Positions 59,067-64,000 of a stretch of DNA of 64,000 nt are shown here, in pieces. How positions within the stretch are numbered: position 1 is the first letter of the stretch; each line of letters begins with the position of its first letter. Below the pieces are notes generated by a model. The model did no database searches, was not told the DNA's origin, and saw nothing but the letters and a program-made list of their open reading frames with translations. Origin of the DNA: Dehalococcoidia bacterium UBA6926 (GTDB lineage Bacteria > Chloroflexota > Dehalococcoidia > UBA6926); assembly GCA_002450835.1 (NCBI GenBank), contig DKAM01000019.1:5991-69990 (forward strand), written 5' to 3'. The translations under genes and the position numbers were made by a program.

Positions 59067-59854
59067 ATCGTGTAAAAGATCTGTTCAAGTCTACTAAGGA
59101 AAATGGCCGTGCTGCTTTATCTATGTATGTCACTGCTGGCTACCCGAATTTAGATGCCAGCTATTCGATTATTAAATCAGCCATTGACGCCGGAGTAGAT
59201 ATAGTAGAACTTGGTGTTCCTTACAGTGATCCTCTAGCTGATGGAACCACTATTCAAAATGCCTCTACCGCTGCTTTGTCCAATGGGGTTACGCTCCAAG
59301 ATTGTATTGATTTAGCAGTCTCATTGAGAGCAGCTTCTCCAAACACTCCAATAGTGTTAATGGGTTACTATAATCCCTTTTTACAGTACGGTATTGAAAA
59401 TTTGTCAAAGGAATGCGGGTTAGCTGGTATTGACGGTTTGATCGTGCCAGACCTACCTCCGGAAGAATCTGGTGTTTTGCAGGACGCTCTAAATCTTCAT
59501 GGACTTGATCTTATTTATTTATTAGCTCCTACCAGTGATGCTGCTAGAGTTGAACAAGTGATAAGACGTACTACGTCGTTTATTTATTGTGTCAGCGTTA
59601 CTGGTGTTACAGGAGCGCGCTCAACTATAGAAGCGGATGGTCTTGAACTTGTAAGTCAAGTTAAAGAGGAAACTGAATTTCCCGTCGCTCTGGGCTTTGG
59701 TATATCTACGCCTGCACATGTTAGAGAAGCTTCTGGTGTAGCAGATGCAGTGATTGTCGGAAGTGCTTTCGTAGATAAGATTAACAATGATCTTGAAGGA
59801 GATCTGCCAAAGGTTATAGCAACTTATGTAGATGAATTAAGAGAAGCGTTGTAG
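59063..59854 (+). CDS. trpA: Tryptophan synthase alpha chain
   Basis: ALSMYVTAGYP, VELGVPYSDPLADGTTIQ, GFGIS motifs. Start overlaps the CPBP stop. Confidence 0.85.
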   Translation: MNRVKDLFKSTKENGRAALSMYVTAGYPNLDASYSIIKSAIDAGVDIVELGVPYSDPLADGTTIQNASTAALSNGVTLQDCIDLAVSLRAASPNTPIVLMGYYNPFLQYGIENLSKECGLAGIDGLIVPDLPPEESGVLQDALNLHGLDLIYLLAPTSDAARVEQVIRRTTSFIYCVSVTGVTGARSTIEADGLELVSQVKEETEFPVALGFGISTPAHVREASGVADAVIVGSAFVDKINNDLEGDLPKVIATYVDELREAL

Positions 59855-59899
59855 TAATAGTATTAGTATATGATTTTAATTTTGTGAGGGTGTAAATTT

Positions 59900-60271
59900 A
59901 TGACACAGTTGAGAGGGATCAGAGGAGCTACAACTATCGAGAATGATGTCCGAGAAGAAATTCTGGACTCTACAGAAGATTTATTGAAGCAACTAATAAG
60001 TGATAATGACTTATCAGTCGATGATGTTGCGAGCGCGATTTTTACTGTGACTCCTGATATAAAAGCAGCTTTTCCAGCTGAAGCTGCACGAGTTCGATTA
60101 GGGTGGACTGATGGCGCATTTATATCAGCTATGGAAAGCCCGGTGCCAGGAGCACCTGTCAAATGTATCAGAATATTATTGTTGGTGAATACAACAAAAT
60201 CTAAAACTGAAATCCATCATGTTTATTTGAAAAGAGCTTCGGAACTTAGAAAACGTGGACTGAATGAATAG
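59900..60271 (+). CDS. aroH: Chorismate mutase, AroH class
   Basis: LRGIRGATTIENDVREEIL N-terminus typical of AroH-type CM. ~120 aa. Confidence 0.75.
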   Translation: MTQLRGIRGATTIENDVREEILDSTEDLLKQLISDNDLSVDDVASAIFTVTPDIKAAFPAEAARVRLGWTDGAFISAMESPVPGAPVKCIRILLLVNTTKSKTEIHHVYLKRASELRKRGLNE

Positions 60272-60295
60272 TAATTTTCGGGAGATAATTGATCA

Positions 60296-61225
60296 GTGTC
60301 GTTAACAGCGCTACAAGAAATTCAGAGTGCCAAAGTTTCTCAAGGCACTGTACTTACTATAGGTACTTTTGATGGTGTCCACAGAGGACATCAGGCTATT
60401 ATTTCTGCGGTTATTGATAGGGCTAAAAAAGACGCATATCTTGCCGGATGTATAACGTTTAAGGCGAGCCCTAGAGAAACCTTAAGACCTCAACAGTCTT
60501 TTCGTTATCTAATGTCTTTAGAGGAACGTATAGATATCCTAAGGAACTCTGGTCTAGATTTAGTTTTACCGTTAACTTTCGACTTAGACTTGGCCTCTGT
60601 TGAGGCAGGTGAATTTGTTAAGTATTTGGTTGACTACTTAAATCTTAAACATTTGATTGTTGGGCCAGATTTTGCTCTTGGGTACAAACGCATGGGTACG
60701 ATTGAGGTGCTTAGAGAGATTGGCCAAAGTAAAGGTTTTACGGTGGAATCAATTGATTCTACTGATATGTCTAGCGATCGGGTTAGTAGTACCCGTTTAA
60801 GACGCTTGTTAAGCGAAGAAGGCAATGTGGAGCTGGCTGAGCGGCTTCTAGGTCGCCCTCATTCCATTGAATCTTCAGTGATAAAAGGTCACGAACGCGG
60901 GCGCACAATTGGTTATAGAACTGCAAACATAGCGGTTCCCATTAATAGAATTATCCCTTTGGATGGTGTTTATGTAACATCAACCACCTTAGGATCTAAT
61001 AAATATCCATCTGTAACCAATGTGGGAGATAACCCTACATTTGATGATAAAGCTTTATCAGTTGAAACGTACATTTTGGATTTTGATCGAATGATCTATG
61101 ATGAGACTATTAGAGTCGAGTTTTTGCGTAGGATTCGAGGAGAGATAAAATTCGAAACTGTTAGTAAACTTACCGAGCAGATCGCCTTAGATGTTCAGGA
61201 TGCTAGAGAATATTTCGCTAAATAA
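60296..61225 (+). CDS. ribF: Bifunctional riboflavin kinase / FAD synthetase
   Basis: TIGTFDGVHRGHQ nucleotidyltransferase motif and C-terminal riboflavin kinase PTAN-like region. GTG start. Confidence 0.85.
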   Translation: MSLTALQEIQSAKVSQGTVLTIGTFDGVHRGHQAIISAVIDRAKKDAYLAGCITFKASPRETLRPQQSFRYLMSLEERIDILRNSGLDLVLPLTFDLDLASVEAGEFVKYLVDYLNLKHLIVGPDFALGYKRMGTIEVLREIGQSKGFTVESIDSTDMSSDRVSSTRLRRLLSEEGNVELAERLLGRPHSIESSVIKGHERGRTIGYRTANIAVPINRIIPLDGVYVTSTTLGSNKYPSVTNVGDNPTFDDKALSVETYILDFDRMIYDETIRVEFLRRIRGEIKFETVSKLTEQIALDVQDAREYFAK

Positions 61226-61347
61226 TGATGGTCCATATTTCTCTATTTCTAGTAGCCTGAAGTCATGCAGCTGACATATAATTAAAACAATATTATTGGT
61301 TTAGCAACCTTGAATAGTAATTATTTATCGATTAGGAGTTGAAATTA

Positions 61348-62415
61348 GTGAATTTACGGACACCGGGACCTACTCCCATTCCAGATAATATTATGGAAAC
61401 CATGATGAACCCCATGGTTGATCATCGCGGACCGGAATTTGCGGGGATGTTACCGACAATAACGGATAATCTCAAAACATTATTTCTAACCGATAATGAT
61501 GTTTTAATTCTTACTGCATCCGGATCAGGTGGTCTTGAAGCAGCAGTTGTTAACGTTTTATCACCTGGAGAAAAAATTTTAGTAGTATCAATCGGTTCTT
61601 TCGGAAATAGATTTGGTAAGATCGCTGAGATATATGGGGCCGAAGTGATATGGCTTAAGAAAGACTGGGGACTTCCGGCATTGCCGAGCGAAGTTGCTAT
61701 GATGCTAGACGAAAACCCAGATATTTCCGCTGTTTTAGTAACCCATAACGAAACTTCTACAGGTGTTACTAATCCGCTCAAAGACATTGCTAAAGAAGTC
61801 AAAAGTAGAGACAAATTGCTCGTTGTTGATGCTGTTAGTAGCCTTGGATCTCTACCATGCAAAATAGATGAATGGGGATTAGATGTTGTGGTGACAGGGT
61901 CACAGAAAGGTTGGATGGTGCCACCCGGTTTAACTATGGTTAGCATGAGCGAGACTGCCTGGGCTGCCAATTCAAAAGCGAAGATGCCGAGAGCATATTT
62001 TGATTTAGCTGCTGCAAGAGATTATGCAACTAGGGGTCAAACTCCATGGACTCCCGCACTTTCATTATTTAACGCCCTCAATAAATCTTTAGAATTAATG
62101 GTAGAAGAAGGTCTGGACGGGATTCATGCCAGACATAAGAGGATTGCAGAGAAAGTACGGAATGAAGTAAAAGCGTTAGGGTTTTCCCTATTTCCTAAAG
62201 ATGAACTTTATTGTTCAAATACCGTGACCGCTGTAAACGCTTTAGATGAGATGGATATAGCCGAATTTAGGGCGCAAACCAGATCAGCGGGGGTCGTTTT
62301 CGCTGGAGGACAGGGAAAACTTTCTGGCTCAATCTTTCGTATAGGTCATCTTGGATATATACCAGATTCTGAAATAGATGAAGCCCTTCACGTGTTAAAA
62401 AAAGTATTAAAATAG
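61348..62415 (+). CDS. Class V aminotransferase (AGXT/serine-pyruvate family; probable phosphoserine/serine aminotransferase given serA neighbour)
   Basis: GSQKG PLP-lysine motif. GTG 61348 has an AGGAG Shine-Dalgarno sequence 9 nt upstream (the TTG at 61339 is too close to the Shine-Dalgarno sequence). Confidence 0.8.
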   Translation: MNLRTPGPTPIPDNIMETMMNPMVDHRGPEFAGMLPTITDNLKTLFLTDNDVLILTASGSGGLEAAVVNVLSPGEKILVVSIGSFGNRFGKIAEIYGAEVIWLKKDWGLPALPSEVAMMLDENPDISAVLVTHNETSTGVTNPLKDIAKEVKSRDKLLVVDAVSSLGSLPCKIDEWGLDVVVTGSQKGWMVPPGLTMVSMSETAWAANSKAKMPRAYFDLAAARDYATRGQTPWTPALSLFNALNKSLELMVEEGLDGIHARHKRIAEKVRNEVKALGFSLFPKDELYCSNTVTAVNALDEMDIAEFRAQTRSAGVVFAGGQGKLSGSIFRIGHLGYIPDSEIDEALHVLKKVLK

Positions 62416-62445
62416 TAGAGCGAATAGTGAACCAAGAGGTAATGG

Positions 62446-64000
62446 ATGCGAGTATTAGTAGCGGATAGAATCGCTCAATCAGGTATCGATTTGTTGAAGT
62501 CCCACTCAGTTGATGTAGATGAAAAGATAGGACTTGGGCAAGAAGATTTAATTGAAATTATAGCTGACTATGACGGCCTTGTTGTTAGAAGCGATACGAA
62601 AGTGACTAAAGAAATATTGACTGCAGGGGTAAATTTGCAGGTAGTAGGTCGTGCTGGCGTTGGTGTCGATAACATCGACATAAAAGTAGCGACGGAAAAA
62701 GGTATCATTATCGTTAACGCACCTTCTTCCAATACGATAGCAGCTGCAGAGCATACTATTGCTTTGATTTTATCTTTGGTGCGGCATGTACCTCAAGCCC
62801 ATGCTTCTATGATATCTGGAAGGTGGGATCGCAAAGATTTTATGGGAACTGAACTTCGTGGTAAAACCTTGGGCTTGGTTGGGTTGGGCCGAATTGGAAG
62901 CGAAGTTGCACGAAAGGCAGCCCCATTTGATGTGAAATTAATCGCCTATGATCCCTTTGTTGCGGTAGATCATGCGACTAATGCCGGAGTTGATTTGGTT
63001 GATTTCGAATATTTAATTGAAAACTCGGACATTATCTCGCTGCATACTCCTTTAGCAAAAGACTCTATATATTTAATTGGTAAAGAACAAATATCCAAAA
63101 TGAAAGATACAGCTCTTTTAATCAATTGCGCGCGTGGGGGTCTAGTGGACGAAACTGCCCTGCTAGATGCGCTTCATGAAGGTCGGCTAGCAGGCGCAGC
63201 ATTAGATGTTTACTCAGAAGAGCCACTTAATAAATCTGAAAATTATAATCATCCTAGATTAGTTTTGACCCCGCACTTGGGTGCTTCGACCTCTGAAGCT
63301 CAAGATGGCGTTGCAAATGAAGTTGTTGAACAGATGCTCGATGTTATGGAAGGAAGAACCCCATCATACGCCGTTAATGCCCCGCTTGCTCCAGCTGAAA
63401 CTGTTAAAGAGATTGCCCCATTTATCCCTGTTTGTTTATCTGCCGGCCAACTGATTTCTCAATTATTAGATGGTCAGCCGGAGTCGTTAGAGATATTTTT
63501 CCATGGTGATATTGCCAAATACGATACCGGAGTATTAAGGGCAAGTGTCATAAGTGGGTTTATGGAGAGAAGCTCGGAAGAGCGGGTCAGTATCGTAAAC
63601 GCAACGCTCGTTGCCCAGAGGCGAGGTATAAAGGTGACAGAACGAAAAAACGAGGATGTAGAAGAATTTTATGGTAATTTGATAACAATTGAAGCTAAAT
63701 CTACTGAAGGATCTTCACTTATATCAGGGGCACTTATTAATGGGCAGGTTCATATCGTGAAATTGGGTTCACATTTAGTCGACATCGTTCCATCAGGTAA
63801 ACCATGGATTATGATTAATCATACCGATAGACCTGGCATGATCGGCCATATAGGGACCGTTACAGGTGAAAATGATATAAATATTGCTTCGATGCAAGTT
63901 AGTAGAGAGAATGCTCGTGGCCCGGCTTTAACCGTATTAGGACTAGATCAAGAGGTCGATCCAGAGCAGCTCGAATCAATTATTAATATTGACGATGTTA
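62446..64000 (+). CDS. serA: D-3-phosphoglycerate dehydrogenase, 3'-truncated at window edge
   Basis: Hand-translated from ATG 62446 (AAGAGG Shine-Dalgarno sequence 6 nt upstream): MRVLVADRIAQSGIDLL...GRAGVGVDNIDI...GLVGLGRIGSEVA; the regulatory domain (ACT-type domain assumed from family) continues to the window end. Not in the ORF track because no stop lies within the window. Confidence 0.85.
   Translation, partial: MRVLVADRIAQSGIDLLKSHSVDVDEKIGLGQEDLIEIIADYDGLVVRSDTKVTKEILTAGVNLQVVGRAGVGVDNIDIKVATEKGIIIVNAPSSNTIAAAEHTIALILSLVRHVPQAHASMISGRWDRKDFMGTELRGKTLGLVGLGRIGSEVARKAAPFDVKLIAYDPFVAVDHATNAGVDLVDFEYLIENSDIISLHTPLAKDSIYLIGKEQISKMKDTALLINCARGGLVDETALLDALHEGRLAGAALDVYSEEPLNKSENYNHPRLVLTPHLGASTSEAQDGVANEVVEQMLDVMEGRTPSYAVNAPLAPAETVKEIAPFIPVCLSAGQLISQLLDGQPESLEIFFHGDIAKYDTGVLRASVISGFMERSSEERVSIVNATLVAQRRGIKVTERKNEDVEEFYGNLITIEAKSTEGSSLISGALINGQVHIVKLGSHLVDIVPSGKPWIMINHTDRPGMIGHIGTVTGENDINIASMQVSRENARGPALTVLGLDQEVDPEQLESIINIDDV

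Noticed and set aside
62548-62754. 68-aa minus-strand ORF within serA
   Set aside because: It lies inside the serA reading frame, which is strongly supported on the plus strand. No motifs.
1-64000. Mobile elements, integrases, toxin-antitoxin or defence islands
   Set aside because: No transposase/integrase/recombinase-like ORFs, no terminal inverted repeats and no tRNA-adjacent island boundaries were seen. Gene order is dominated by conserved housekeeping operons.

Overview
This is a gene-dense window (about 66 CDS, roughly 90% coding, short intergenic gaps) of a bacterial chromosome. I found no rRNA, tRNA, CRISPR, transposase or integrase signal. The content is mostly housekeeping, but genes of the methylmalonyl-CoA / C4-dicarboxylate pathway are notably concentrated here.

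Methylmalonyl-CoA / C4-dicarboxylate genes:
- The 3' part of sdhA, then sdhB, then a heterodisulfide-reductase-B-like CCG-domain subunit. This is a non-classical, anchor-less 'type E' succinate dehydrogenase/fumarate reductase.
- An LDH-type malate dehydrogenase.
- A carboxyltransferase cluster of a 12S subunit, a small epsilon-like ORF and a 5S subunit fused to a biotinyl domain. No biotin carboxylase gene is nearby.
- A split B12-dependent methylmalonyl-CoA mutase (catalytic subunit and B12-binding subunit as separate genes). Two tandem two-domain VOC/epimerase-like genes sit between the two mutase genes.
- An NAD(P)-malic enzyme.
- Two tandem paralogous ~800-aa proteins, each a head-to-tail fusion of two family III (CaiB/BaiF) CoA-transferase domains.

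Housekeeping blocks:
- folP-folK, lepA, ilvD, rnj, rpmF-fabD-nusB-acpP, ruvB, thiI, hflX, dtd.
- A long co-directional run rpsB-tsf-pyrH-frr-uppS-cdsA-dxr-rseP-ispG-proS.
- trpA, aroH, ribF, a class V aminotransferase and a 3'-truncated serA.

The most unusual items are the fused di-domain CoA-transferase paralogs, the two-domain epimerase pair, the anchor-less SDH whose SdhB carries a basic C-terminal extension, and the biotin-carboxylase-less 12S/5S cluster. Other items are a DUF971 gene translationally coupled to ilvD, an orphan molybdenum-hydroxylase large subunit, a Cys-less YHS-like mini-protein with a direct-repeat operator, tandem FmdB zinc-ribbon genes, an acidic-repeat N-terminal extension on S2, and an orphan trpA.

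The lineage guess (a marine Chloroflexi-like organism, because expanded CaiB families are typical of SAR202) is inference only. I found no self-contained novel system such as defence, secretion or a biosynthetic cluster and do not claim one.
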